DNA of 64,000 nucleotides from Phoronis australis (Eukaryota; Animalia; Phoronida): NCBI GenBank assembly GCA_002633005.1, contig NMRA01000080.1, positions 649,291 to 713,290 of the forward strand, read 5' to 3'. Shown piece by piece: positions 25,167 to 37,231 of this stretch (position 1 is its first letter; each line of letters starts with the position of its first letter). The notes under the pieces were generated by a model. It saw only the letters and a program-made list of their open reading frames with translations, ran no database searches and was not told where the DNA came from. The position numbers and the translations under genes were made by a program.

Positions 25167-28100
25167 ATGCTACGTTTGGGATTGGTGGCGTTGTTGGCAT
25201 CTCTTTCGTTAAGTCAAGGTAAGAGTTTCAAAGAGGCAACGGAAAACATTTTAACATCGGCGTGCACCAAGTGTGTTCCTGAGTGGGCATTATACAAGTT
25301 TCGTTATCATCCTTGCGCGGCTATAGTGAGACCATTTTTTTCAGAGTTCATTAGATCCAGTGTCGGTGCTGGGACGCCATTCCGATGCCTTAACGGCATG
25401 CTTTGCCTTAAATCGGCGTGACCAAATTTCGTACGAGGTTTTAAGAAAGTTGTCTCTTGTGAACAAACATGGGCCTACGGCAGTATTTTAAAATCGATGT
25501 ATGCTTACCGAATCTTTTCCACAGGGTTTCTACTGGACACTTTGGTTGGAAAAAGTGGATTCGCAAGATTTGTTCTCTACACGCGGTAAGAGCTTCTTGC
25601 GGCAATGAGACCAAAAAATCTGACAAGATAGAATAATTACACAGAAAGCTTCTGAAACAATGAAAAGTTACTGTATAAATTTTGTTACGAAAACACACAT
25701 GTCTGCGCATTGGTTGGACTGGCGAAGACTTACCTGTGCGAAGAAAAAATATGTAAGATATATCAACGATATCCAATGCATAATGAAAATGCATGCGAGG
25801 GATAAACACTAAGAGACGACACAAAACATTGAAAATGCTTTAGACGGCGCAGTTACTCACAGCGCAATGAGAAAAGATTTAAAAGTATTGCCGTGCTAAA
25901 TTTGTGATGCCTTTTAATTTGCTAATCTCGTGCTTGAATTCGTTTCAAGATGCGAAATGGGCTCCAATGTTTTTTAAAGGGTGCTGGGAGATTTTGTGTT
26001 GGTTTGACAACGTCACAACGGCAGTAACTTTTATGATTATTTTGTTTTTCTTTTACCACATCTTGAATATGGCGCATCTGTTACGGACTAAATTTGAGAT
26101 GGTAGTGGTGTTTTGAAAACCAGAAAATTGATTTTTCCCAAATTGAAGAGATTTCACCGTTAGTGTTGAAAAGTGTCTGTGACGTGATGGTTGAGTTTAT
26201 TACTGTCGGTTACTGCCACGGTGTTCATATAGATATGCAAATCAATCTAGGGGTCCCAATGGACCTATGGAGTGCGTAACTCCCGGTATGTCACGCCTCT
26301 GTACACTTTACTATAACCAGTCAGTCTCGTTCTAGTGAAAACAGCCGAAACTTGCAGGGCGACACCATACGGTCCGTACATGACCTCCGACGGAGCAACT
26401 TTGACCACAAGAGACCCACCAAGTTTTTCATTCACGGCTGGTTTGGCGCTGGGACTCACTGGTATATTGATGAAATGAGGAAATCCATGTTGAAACAGGT
26501 AAGTACGACTGAATCGTTACCTTCGTTTTTTGCATCATAAAAAGGATACTTTACCCCGTCTCGGTGATTTCAACCAATTCATGTTTTGTCGCCCCGCTAA
26601 TACACCATTGGCATCTCACTTGAGTGATAGAAGCATGCGCGCACCCACGGGGGGTCGGGGAATCGAACGAGCCCCCCCAATTGCCGAAGTGGGTAAAAAG
26701 GTCTGTCTCAGAGAAACAACAAGTCCGACAAAAAGAGACAAAAGTCCACTAAAAAGGCGCACAGTTCGTAGACCTGAAGGTTGTACCCGTCCCCGTTATT
26801 TATTTTTTCCAGTCCTCCCGCTTTTTTGTTAGCAAAAGGTCCACTTTGTCAGAGATTCGAGCCCCCTCCATATCTGGGTGCGCGGAAAGCATGTTACGGT
26901 TTTTGGTGAGTGGCGCTTCTCTACAGTTGTTACACGTGCCTAAAGCGCAAGTCACGCGCGCCCGTTTAGATGACATTGTAAGGTGTTTTCAACTCTTGCT
27001 CCAAACTGTTGAGGGTGACGAGAGTTACAGAGCATTATTTTTTTCAAATAGTTGGATGAGAAAGTTGTTGTTGATATCTGTTAATAAGCCAAGTCTGGGT
27101 TTAGTTTTATTTTGAGCTCCAGGGCTACTCCTACAGTTGAAAGGATACTGAACCCAGCTTTAATGATTTCCCTCTAATCTGATTTCGCTTTGCGCTGGTG
27201 CACGCGTTACCTCCCCTGATTGATAAAAACTGCAACAAGACCGTCATTGTGTCACTGAGTGAATCCTGTGGCTCGCGAAGGGCGGTCTATCTTCACAGTA
27301 GACGATGAACATGCAAGTGAATCCTGTGTCTCGCGGAGGGCGGTCTATCTTCACAGTAGACGACGAACATGCAAGTGAATCTTGTGGCTCGAGGAGGGCG
27401 GTCTATCTTCACAGTAGACGACGAACATGCAAGTGAATCCTGTTGCTCGCCGAGGGCGGTCTATCTTCACAGTAGACGACGAACATGCAAGTGAGTCCTG
27501 TGGCTCGAGGATTGTGGAATCTCTACACAGTAGACGACGAACATGCAAGTGGCACGCGGACGACGGTCTATCTCCACAGTCGACGACGAACATGCCTGAA
27601 GTGTTAGTCACTCTTCTCGATTTTGTAAATTTTGCAAGCAATTTCCTTACTTACTCCTAACCTTTGCAGGTAGAGGAGGGTTGCATAGCATTATTGCAAA
27701 GATTCCAAGTGATCTGACGCGAGTTTTATCTGTCAATAGGCTCACACATTACTTTAGTGTCCCTTTAAGGGACCGTTTCAACAAGTTCGTGCTACCAGAC
27801 ATACGACCCTCGATAAAAGAAGATATTTTTATTTTTTCGTTTCGCTGAATTACTCATTTTATAACGTTTTCTGTTTTCTGAGAGGAAGTTTATTATTATA
27901 ATATGGATAGTTGATACTCTTTCCACAAAAAGTTTCATAAATCGAAGTTTATAGCTAAAATAGGACGATTTGGTGTGTATTTGCGTTTTCCTTGTCAAAT
28001 TTATAAAAACCGTCCTTCGATATCAATTAACTTCGACTAGCATTTTGTGAAGCACCAAAGAATTTTTAAATTCCTCTGCTGCTCTTAAAAGACGTTCAAC

Positions 28101-31100
28101 TTAAAACCTACCGTAGCACCATCTTTGAAAGTCATTATTTTGGTTCATATTTTGAGGTAAAGCCCTTCGTTTTGCTTTTTATTGCTGCGAGTTAACATAT
28201 TCTTAACGACATTTAATAAAACCATGAATTGATTCGAGCTCTATAAAAAGATTCACAGTGAATTACTTCCATATGAAACGATTTCGTCTTGACCCCAGTT
28301 TAGCGCTGCGGGCGTCTTTAGAAATTCTATCAAAATAAAAAATATGGCTGCAAACCCGATATGTATGAAAATCTTAAGACGTGGAATAGGAAGAAGGATC
28401 GGGGAAAAGATAATTTATGAATTTCACTGCACATTAGTGTGAAGGGTTGAAAACGCCAGGCACTGACACTGTCCTAATTTCCAAAGCCACTTTTTTCACT
28501 GCAGTGGACAAAATAACTAATATGTATTCAAACACATTTTCAGGAGGATTGTAATTTCATTCACGTCGATTGGTGGAAAGGATCGGTCAAGCCAAGCTAC
28601 CCAAAGGCCATGAAAAACGCCAAAATTGTCGCCTCAGAGGTCTACGATTTCATCAAATTTTTGGAAAAAGAGACTGGCCATAAGCCGCCTCAGATCCATC
28701 TGATTGGACACAGTCTGGGAGCCCAGGTTTCCGGGGAAGTCGGGAGAAGGTTTCAGTCACCTGAAAAGATATCGCGCATCAGCGGTAAAGTCTTAGTTGA
28801 ATATCCACTTATGGCCGTAGAGTTGAAGGGAAACTACTGCAGGATGACGCAAAATAGATGCAACACATTTTTACTCGTGCAATGATTTAATTTTAGATTT
28901 TCTAGAAATTGACATCGTAACAATATCAAAAATAGAGATTTGAAATCTCTGTATCTAAGGATAATAGTCACTAACAGGGGACCCGTATGTTTGCATACAG
29001 AAAAAATAAAAATTACACCCTCGGAGAAGTGAACCGTAGTAGTTGACTTTTCCCGACACGTCCAAGGAACAAAAGGTGTGCTTCGTCTCTGAACAAAGTA
29101 TTTTCAAGGAAATCTTCATCAACCTTGTTTCCAAACCACTGGCAGGTCGCCATATACTTTTCATGACAGGTGGTATGATTAGCTTACGTTTGAACTGTCT
29201 TGAAATTTGTGCAACAGCCACTAATACAGAGGTTCCAAAATTTGTGTATCCGCGAACATATGTTACGGTTGAACTTTTCTCAAAATTCGCGACTGGCGAT
29301 ACTAAGCAGCAACGAAATTACTCTTTCTTCCTTTCTATCTTTGTTACCGGCATTTTGATGACTGACTATTGGATGTTATGATTTCCTCGAATTAAAAAGT
29401 AACACAAAACATAAACTTGGCAGAATTATTAGCAGGACACGGGTTGCATGTATTTTGCGACTCCCTATACTTTTGGACAAACGTTTAATTTGAAACATGT
29501 CAAAATGTATCAAGACAAAAATATCAGGTGTTTTTTGCGGTTATTAAAAGGATCTGCTCTTGAGCAGACCAAGTTCCTGCAAGAATTTGACATTCATTTA
29601 ATCAGGACTTTTAAGAGAACGCAATCGCTCCATTAGAAATTAAATTCCCTGGCTACGTAGCATTCAACTAGAACCCATTACCATTTCAGTAAGCTGCCTG
29701 GCATTTAACGCTATTATTACCTTTATGTTGTTACCGTCCTTCGCTGAATGACCAGGGAGGGATCAATTACATTCCCATTAAGATCTCCATAAATTTATGT
29801 TCAATGTTTGGAAACATTACGATGTCTGGAAATGTAACCATGTCGATTTTTTGTATGTTTTGCCATCGAAGAACGGTAAAAAGCAAATCTTAGGCAATTT
29901 TAAATAATTTTAATAAACGGTCACATTTTAAAACAATAGAGACGTCTTTGTAGTGATATAATATACGGAAAAGGCGTTTTAATTGTTTGTTTTGTTTATT
30001 TTAGATTTTAAGAGTAGCCCCTTCTCAGGTGTCGATTTGCGAATAGCTGGACAATATGTCGCCAAAAAGGAAACCAAATCCACTTGTAAAGCAATTAGGC
30101 TAATTACCTTATCATAACCTTTTCCCTCCGTCACTACGATGTATAACGCCCTGAGTGATGACCTTTAGTTGGTGTTTTTAAATTTCTGATCAAAGTTTTA
30201 TATTCAATTTAAATCAAACAATATTTAATGTATTGTATTTCATTTTCCTTTGTTATTTTTTCTGTGATTCCCAAATCTTTTTAAGATATTAGGTAATGTT
30301 ATCAGGGCTGTTGCTGAGAGTTGTCATACGTATAAACAGAATAATGTTACCTGGCACGCTTCTTGAGGAAACTATGACGTGATACATGAATTTTTAAAAG
30401 ATAGAATTCATGAAAGGCTTCGAATACCATCAATGACTGCTGAAAGTGTATTGCATACCGGAAAGTCGCACGTTTTACAAATCCAACATGTATAGATACA
30501 TATAAGTCAAAACGAAATTTGAGTTAAAGTTTATGGCCCCATTTTTAGAGTATGCCGGTGTCCGAGTTACTTATCGCCATTGTCAGCATAAACAGTGGGT
30601 AGGGTCGCGATCCGAGGACGCAAGAAACTCGCTAAAGCCCAATATTACGAAAGTCTTCGCGAGAAATTGCCATGTATTACAAGCGACGTACGCGATCACG
30701 TTATCTTTTACCGTGAGTTTCGAAAGAGTACGCAACTGTCAATGCCAATAAATGTCTTACCAATTCACTTACTGATTTCAAGCCTTTGATGTCACCCACT
30801 GACAGGCCTTGATCCCGCTCAACCCGGTTACAACGTGACAGACTACAAGACTTCTCTTGACAAGTCGGACGCAGACTTTGTCGACATCATCCATACGTCA
30901 CCAGTAGCCACTGTGCCGATGGGTCACGTGGATTTCTACCCTAATGGCGGCTACACGGGCAAGTTTCCCGTGCTGGGACTTGTTCAGTCTCACTTAGAGG
31001 TCACCTACTTATATACGGCTAGCATCAGAGGCAACTGTAAATTCACCGCCCACAAATGCTCGGATTATGCAACGTATAAAAGCGGCAGGTAAGAATATTG

Positions 31101-31589
31101 TATTTATGAGATTTGTGACGCATGAAATTGGCGACAGATCAAACAGACTTACAGCAGCATTGCTCTTCAGGTCTTACCTAGTCGTAGCGGTAATCGCAAC
31201 GACAATTTTATTTTCTTTCGTTATTTACTTATTTGTTGTGTTCGCATTTGATCAAGAAAAAAGAAAAAAGAAACATAACAAAGAAGTAATAATAACACAA
31301 AAGAGATAACGGTAACAAAGCAAAAGATAATAATTTAAAAAGTAACTGAAGTTTTTGTCATGACCTTTTGTCGGGAGTCTTGAAAGTTTGTCGCGGCAAA
31401 ATTGCGGATTTTCATTTGTGAGTAGAAATTCTGCAGACAATTTTACTATAAAAAATCTTCTTAATGTCTTGCATCAACAGATCCTATATATGACTTCAGA
31501 AATGATAATAATCGCCTCGGTATCAGCCGCCCGGTAGAGGTCCTTGTAGTATAAGTCAGAGCAGTGGTGGTGCTGTGTAAGTAGCAGAA

Positions 31590-31622
<33 letters not shown>

Positions 31623-32357
31623 TCGGGATTTTCCGTAGATAAGCCCATGGGCGTGTATTCGGAAAATGAAAACTTTCAGACGTTTCAATAACGCCAAATA
31701 AACGCCCGGCGTTTATTCGGAAAAGGGGACGTGTAAAAGGAAAGTCATAGGTTTCCTGATTTAACATTTGTTACTTAAAAATGTGTTTTTTAAATGTTAT
31801 GTTAATAAATGCAGAATTCACCAACAATTTGTTCGGTTTTATAAAGGATAAATCCTCCACAAAACTGAATTTGTGACAAATAGTTGACAAATAGGGAGCT
31901 TTAAGAAGAAATTTTCCCTATAAATACCCCCACTATCCCACTATTTGAACACTTGACTCCAGAGTTTATAACACCAAGTAAACGCCCAAGGGCATTTATT
32001 CAGCATAATTTTCCGAATAAACCTCTATGGGCGTTTCATCGGGTGGGCTTATCTACGGAGAACCCCTGCAGCAGCAGCATTAGCAGTAGCAGCACCAGCA
32101 CCACCACCACCCGTAACAGTAGTAGTAACAGCAGCAGCAGCAGTAGCTGCTGCTGCTGCAGCAACAGGTTTCCCACTGCCACTGCAATGAGAACATTCAC
32201 TTGGTAATTAATACCCTTGTATATTTGCAGTTGCAAGGACTGCGGCGACGGAAGCCTTTGTAACATTATGGGGTACTTTGCATCTCCCAAGAAAGCTCTA
32301 GGGAATTTGTTTCTGACGGTCACGAACAACAAGCCTTACTGTGACATCGAACCGTAG
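25167..32357 (+). CDS. Secreted pancreatic-lipase-family enzyme (pancreatic lipase-related / phospholipase A1-like), 308 aa, 6 coding exons
   Basis: Exons 25167-25218 (signal peptide MLRLGLVALLASLSLSQG), 25525-25585 (..RFVLYTR), 26336-26498 (..PTKFFIHGW..), 28544-28784 (VDW; IHLIGHSLGAQ nucleophile elbow), 30806-31088 (GLDPA, DADFVDIIHT, GHVDFYPNGG, QSH), 32231-32357 (CKDC..CNIMG..PYC, TAG). The exons total 927 nt in frame, and the Ser-Asp-His triad is intact. Confidence 0.93.
26634..26893. mobile_element. Possible hAT-like MITE in lipase intron
   Basis: CATGCGCGCACCCA ... TGGGTGCGC(GGAAA)GCATG inverted ends with G/C tracts; no clear TSD. Confidence 0.4.
27259..27596 (+). repeat. 58-bp minisatellite, about 5.8 copies, in lipase intron
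   Basis: Unit GTGAATCCTGTGGCTCGCGAAGGGCGGTCTATCTTCACAGTAGACGACGAACATGCAA starting at 27259, 27317, 27375, 27433, 27491, plus a partial copy at 27549. Confidence 0.95.
31583..31620 (+). repeat. (CAG)n microsatellite
   Basis: agcagaaggagcagcagcagcagcagcagcagcagcag. Confidence 0.9.
31623..32068. mobile_element. MITE (Tc1/mariner-pogo-like) inserted in a CAG/TAG microsatellite
   Basis: Inverted ends TCGGGATTTTCCGTAGATAAGCCCA ... TGGGCTTATCTACGGAGAACCCCTG, with internal ggcgtttattcgg subterminal repeats; TA on the left flank, CA on the right. Confidence 0.7.
32069..32165 (+). repeat. Compound CAG/CAC/TAG/CTG trinucleotide microsatellite
   Basis: cagcagcagcattagcagtagcagcaccagcaccaccaccac...cagcagcagcagcagtagctgctgctgctgcagc. 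Confidence 0.85.
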
Positions 32358-32712
32358 ACAGACGCGCGGCAGCTAGAGAGTGGCGGGAGGTCGAATTTTC
32401 GAAATCTCGTGTGCACTGATACGAGAATGACAATAACAATTAGCAAATGATAATAACTTGCTTGTTGTCTCTTACATAAGCTGCAGGTACGACAGCATTT
32501 ACCAAGAGGTATGCAGCTCATTCGCGAAACCTGAAAAAGACGTTGTACATTGAAACGACTATAGGGTCAAATCAGTAAAAGGAAACACTAGAAATTCAGA
32601 CTCGTTTCACGGCACCTTATACTTCTTCTGAATGTATTTGTACTAGAACTAGCGCCGTCAACAAGCCTGTTTATCGAGAACGCTGATCTTAAGACCCTTT
32701 CAGTGGACTTAC

Positions 32713-35700
32713 CAATTGCAGATGACAATGTGTTGACACACAAAGACTAATTTTTATCAAGTCACAAATTATGAAAATAGCGAATGACAGTAGACCTAAA
32801 GTGAGCACGAATATTTCATCAGGTTGATGCCAGGACAGGTTCTGTCGATCATTCGAGTTTGAAAAGTTTTGGTCCTGTGTGTTATTAGTGTAAAACAAGT
32901 GTTCACTTAACAGCTAATTGTCCTAAACTCAAAAAGAAAAAGCAGTCTGAAAAACAGTCTACTGCTGTAACTGTTTCTCAGTCCAACATTAATTTCCAGT
33001 TGAATTATTCTTGTTTCTCAGAACTCATTGTCGTCTGAGGTTAGTATTCGCTGCGATGGTGGTGATGATTTAGCACAGAAAATTTGTGCTGGCGAGGTCT
33101 TTACTGGTGTTTGGGATTCTGCTGAAAGTTTTGTATCGGTGACTGAGACGTCTACCCGTTGGCCTGTCGCGATTTTGCGGAATACTGCTTCTGCTCAGAC
33201 TTTGTTGTTAGAGGGCGTGGTTCCTTCGGCTGAGTTTACCTCCTCTGAAATTCAAGTTTCACTTTCTGTTATCGGTCTTAGCATCAGTGTACCTCAGCAT
33301 GAAGTTATTATCACATCATATTTGTTTACAGGCCACATTTCTGTAGGTGTTAGGTCCCATTTGCCCGTTCACGGTATATCTTAGTTGTTTGGAAATGATG
33401 TTATGGATAGTTACGTGACTGTTAGACCTATGATGGTCGATGAACCAATCCCTGTAGACGATTGTGATAATTCAACTTCGTCTTGTGCACTTACTAGACC
33501 TAAGTCTAAAGGCAGGTAAGGAAAGTGAGTGCGATATAGATTATGATTTTGATAGTTCAGTAGTTTGAGGGTGTGTCTGATTCTACCGGCAAGTACATGT
33601 ATTCACGCTGCTAAGAATGGAACGTTAGCAAGATGGTGTTCTAGCGTCTGTGTACAGTCAAGCTCTTTCGGATGAGGAGGCTGATAAAGTTGCTGTCTGT
33701 TATTATCTGAAAGGTGGTCTTTTGATGCTTAAATGGGGACCATCAGACGTTTTTTCTGTTGATTCTTGGCATTTAGTGCTCCAGTTAGAGTTACCTGGGG
33801 AATACCCCCAGGAGATGCTGTACTTGGCTCATAAGGGACCAATGGCTGGTCACTTTGGAATTAATAAGACCAAAGATCGTGTTCTGGAGTCTTTTCTTTT
33901 GGCCCGATATTGATAGGGATGTTATAATTTTTTGTAGAACTTGTCATGTGTGCCAGTTGGTAGAAAACCCACATTAGACTTCATCGATTTATTCCTAAAG
34001 CTCCCTTTAACCAATTCCTGCGTCTAGCGAGCCATTTAGTCATGTCGTTGTGGATTGCGTCGACCCACTGCCTAAAACGAAAACGTGGAACCAATAATGA
34101 TTGACTGTGATGTGTGGTTCTACACGTTTTTCTGAAGCTAATCCGCTTAGGAAAATAACTGCATCACAGGCACTAAAGACTTTGGTTAAGTTCTTTACTT
34201 TGGTTGGCCTTCCTCAGTTCAGTCTACCCAAAGGTCAAACTTTATGTCTGGATTATTTCAGCAGTTTCTGTATTTGTTGAAAATTGACCAGCGTGTTTCC
34301 AGCGCTCATCTCCGCGAGTCGGAGGGGGTTCTTGAAAGGTTTCATCAAACTTTTAAGACTATGTTAAAGGCTTATTGTTTGTATCGTAATGAGAATTGGG
34401 ATGAGATAGTTACACTTTTACTGTTGCCACACAGAGTAACAGTGCCGTATTGCCTGGGTTATAGCCCAATTGAGTTGTTTCTTGGGCGTCAACCCCGTGG
34501 TCCGCTTATACTGAAAGAAAGGTAGTTGAGTGATGATCCGCCAGTTGATTTATTGAGCTTATATGTGTCAGATTTGAGAGAGAGATTCTTCGACGTTAGA
34601 ACCGTGGCTCATAAGTATTTGAATGACTATACTCAGACATCTATGAAAACTTGCTTTGATAGCAAAGCTCGTGACAGGCAATTTAGTACAGCTGGTGACA
34701 AAGTGTTGGTTCTTTTACCATTGCCAGGTGTTTTTTGAATGCTTCGTTTTCTGGACCGTATGTGCAGTTGAGAGGAAACCAAGCAATCTTGACTATGTGG
34801 TTTGTGCTCCTGGTCGTGTGAAGAAAAGCAGAGTTTGTCATGAAAACATACTTATAGAGTATAGCGAAAAGTCTGGTGGTCATCATGTTCATAAATCTGT
34901 TGCAACTGTTGAGTCGGGTTATGACGACAGGCAGTCTTGTGGGACCGACTTTGGAGTACTTGCTTTAGGTGTTTAGTTCAGGTTATGTAACTCTTACTAA
35001 GTAACCTACACGAGAAAGTGAGCCATTTGCAAGTTGATCAGCAACAATTAAGGTATCTTAAGGGAGTTCAGTGAATTGTTTCCAGATGTGCCTTGAGTGA
35101 ATAGTGTTCTGTTTCGTGTTGGTGATGTTGGAAATGCTGATCAAGTTAAGCAGCACCCTTATAGAGTTGCTCCCCCAAGTTGGAGTTGATGAGAAATGAG
35201 GTTCCCCAGTAAACATTCAGGTACTGGGCCAATACTGGCCCTGAAATGTCTTATGTATTGGCCCAATGATGTAGGCCAGTACTGGCCCAATAACATTCTG
35301 CACACCTTCCCCATATTGGCCCCGATACAAGATTGCGGTATCGAGCCAGTAAAGGACCAGTACCACGCCATTACTGGGCCAGTACACCAATAACCGGTTT
35401 CGGCCCTGTAAAGGGCCAGTATTGACAGACTGTGTTGGCCCAGTACAGGGCCATTGATGGGCTCCTATTAAGCCAGTACACTAGCTGNCGATCAGAAGCT
35501 GAGAACGTCTGTGGTATAAATCATGTTTTGTATACTCTTACAGACACTGGCATGGCATGCAAAGTGAAAAAATATGAAACTTACCAGAAATCTGAAGTTC
35601 ACTGTGAAAATCTTTCACTATTCTGTTACACACGTTGGTTTCAAACTCTAAACAACTCGAGTGTTCTTCAACGGAAATTTCAAAATGGCGGTTTTTTCAT

Positions 35701-36960
35701 GAAGGTCATCTGGTGGAAAGTTTTCTTTAAAAAATAAACTTACACTGTAATACAGCTGCTGGTAATTAACTTTTTATGAAAATTGAAAAGTTTTATTGTC
35801 ACACATCTGATTTTTAAAAAAAATCAAAAGTTTTAGCCTTCCTGTGGGAAAGCCTTTAACTGCCCTCTTGTGTTCAAGTCTGTGTTTACCGGTCCAATAC
35901 CGGCGAGCCGCTATAAGGAAAGTTCACTGGGTTTGTGTCGTGGGGACGGTACTGGGCCATTCGTGGCCCACAAACGTAAACCGGTATACGGTACAAGCGT
36001 TATCAAGCAACAGAAATCCAGTACTGGGCCAATACTGTCATGTTTACTGGGTCAGTATATGTTGGATAATGGAATCATTGTACCTAGTTAGAGTACTGAA
36101 TTGGAGTTCTCCATGTATCCTTGTTTTCAAGTCTGGCAGTTTGGTAATTGGATGTTTGTGACTGATTTAAGGAAATTGAACTGTTCCAATCGAGGTTGAT
36201 GATTGTATTGACCGTGTTGGAAATGCAGCATTTGAAAGTACGGTAAGTTTGATCAGTTAAAAGGTTGTTGGCGGGTTCTACGTGCTGCGCAAGCTAAGAA
36301 GTTGTCGGCGTTTGAAACCCTTGATAGTTTGTAGCAGTATTGTGGTATGCCCTTCGATATGAAAAATGCATCTGGGACTTTTCAGAGATTGATGAATACT
36401 GTATTAAATGGTTTACGTAATGTTCAGGTTTATATTGATGACATTAATAGTTAAAAGTCCTGCATGGGATACATATTTGTGTGATTTGAGGCAACTTTTC
36501 GAGCGTTTGTCTGGTGCTAATTTAACTGTTAATTTGACGAAAGGCGATCTCGGTCATACATGTGTGACGTTTTCAGATCATGCTGTTGGGGGAAGAGAAG
36601 GTGCGACCACGAGAAGCTAAAGCTGAAGCTATTTTGGCTTTTCGTACTTATTCCTGGAAATGGACGGTTTCTTAAGACGTTTTTGTAGAAACTATTCTGA
36701 GTTTATATTACCTTTGACTAGTTTGACTTCAAGTAAAAGGAAGTTTTACAAGTGTGGACTGTTGTATGCCAAAAGACTTTTGAAAACGTGAAGGAAATGT
36801 ACTGTGTAACTAGTCTTCATTTGCTGCTCCGGATTTTTGTAAGCCGCTCAAGTTGGCGGTTGATGCTTCTGATGTTGCAGCAGGCGATGTTTTATTACAG
36901 GAAGATGCGCATGCCGTAGAGCATCCCGTGTTATTTTTCTAAGAAATTCATCAGACAGCT
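32713..36960 (+). mobile_element. Decayed Ty3/Gypsy LTR retrotransposon, Gmr1-like (gag-PR-IN-RT-RNaseH order); truncated, no LTRs seen
   Basis: Gag IADDNVLTHK (~32714) and zinc knuckle CY*CKTSVHLTANC (32880-32921); protease PVAILRNTASAQTLL (~33160); integrase HKGPMAGHFGINKT (~33830), EPFSHVVVDCVDPLP (~34030), ESEGVLERFHQTFKTML, GPY (~34753); RT KQHPYRV (~35150), MPFDMKNASGTFQRLMN (~36347), YIDD (36431-36442); RNase H VDASDVAAGDVLLQ (~36860). Many stops and frameshifts. Confidence 0.88.
35205..36051. mobile_element. Non-autonomous CACTA/EnSpm-like DNA transposon (847 bp) nested in the RT domain
   Basis: TIR CCCAGTAAACAT ... ATGTTTACTGGG; 2-bp TSD TC; numerous subterminal ccagtactgggccaat repeats; removing it restores host codons GAG GTT CAG TAT ATG TTG GAT AAT GGA ATC ATT (EVQYMLDNGII). 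Confidence 0.85.
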
Positions 36961-36985
36961 ACGTCTATCGTTGTGTGTTGAACTG

Positions 36986-37231
36986 GGGACTGTTCCAAGA
37001 AACTGACTTAAGTTCATTTTTGACTTAAGTATAAGATTTGTTTTAACTTCCAAACTTTGAAACTTCCACATTTGGAAAGAGTCAAAATTAAGACAAAACT
37101 TGGCTCTTACATTTAAGTCAAACTTAAGATCTCTTTCCTGATTTGGTTTTGAGACAAAATTAACTTTTATTTTAAAATTTACTAAAATTTAAGATTTGTC
37201 TTAGCTAAGTCAGTTTTGTTGGAACGGGCCC
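36986..37231. mobile_element. PIF/Harbinger-like MITE (246 bp)
   Basis: CTG|GGGACTGTTCCAAGAAACTGACTTAAG ... CTAAGTCAGTTTTGTTGGAACGGGCCC|CTG; 3-bp CWG TSD; AT-rich interior with cttaag repeats. Confidence 0.75.

Noticed and set aside
26233-26335. Earlier acceptors for lipase exon 3
   Set aside because: Acceptors at 26232 and 26250 run into a stop; 26335 gives the family-typical LYTR-EN junction (26320 is an in-frame alternative but a poorer fit).
27259-27596. CRISPR-like array
   Set aside because: Units are contiguous near-identical 58-mers with no unique spacers; the context is a eukaryotic intron and there are no cas genes.
31461-32332. Poly-Cys, poly-Leu and poly-Ser ORFs
   Set aside because: Translations of intronic CAG microsatellites.
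32713-36960. Ty1/Copia element (IN before RT) or an active element
   Set aside because: RT (YIDD, MPF.MKNA..TFQR), RNase H (DAS) and integrase (GPY) motifs are Gypsy-type; the many stops and absence of LTRs show it is dead.
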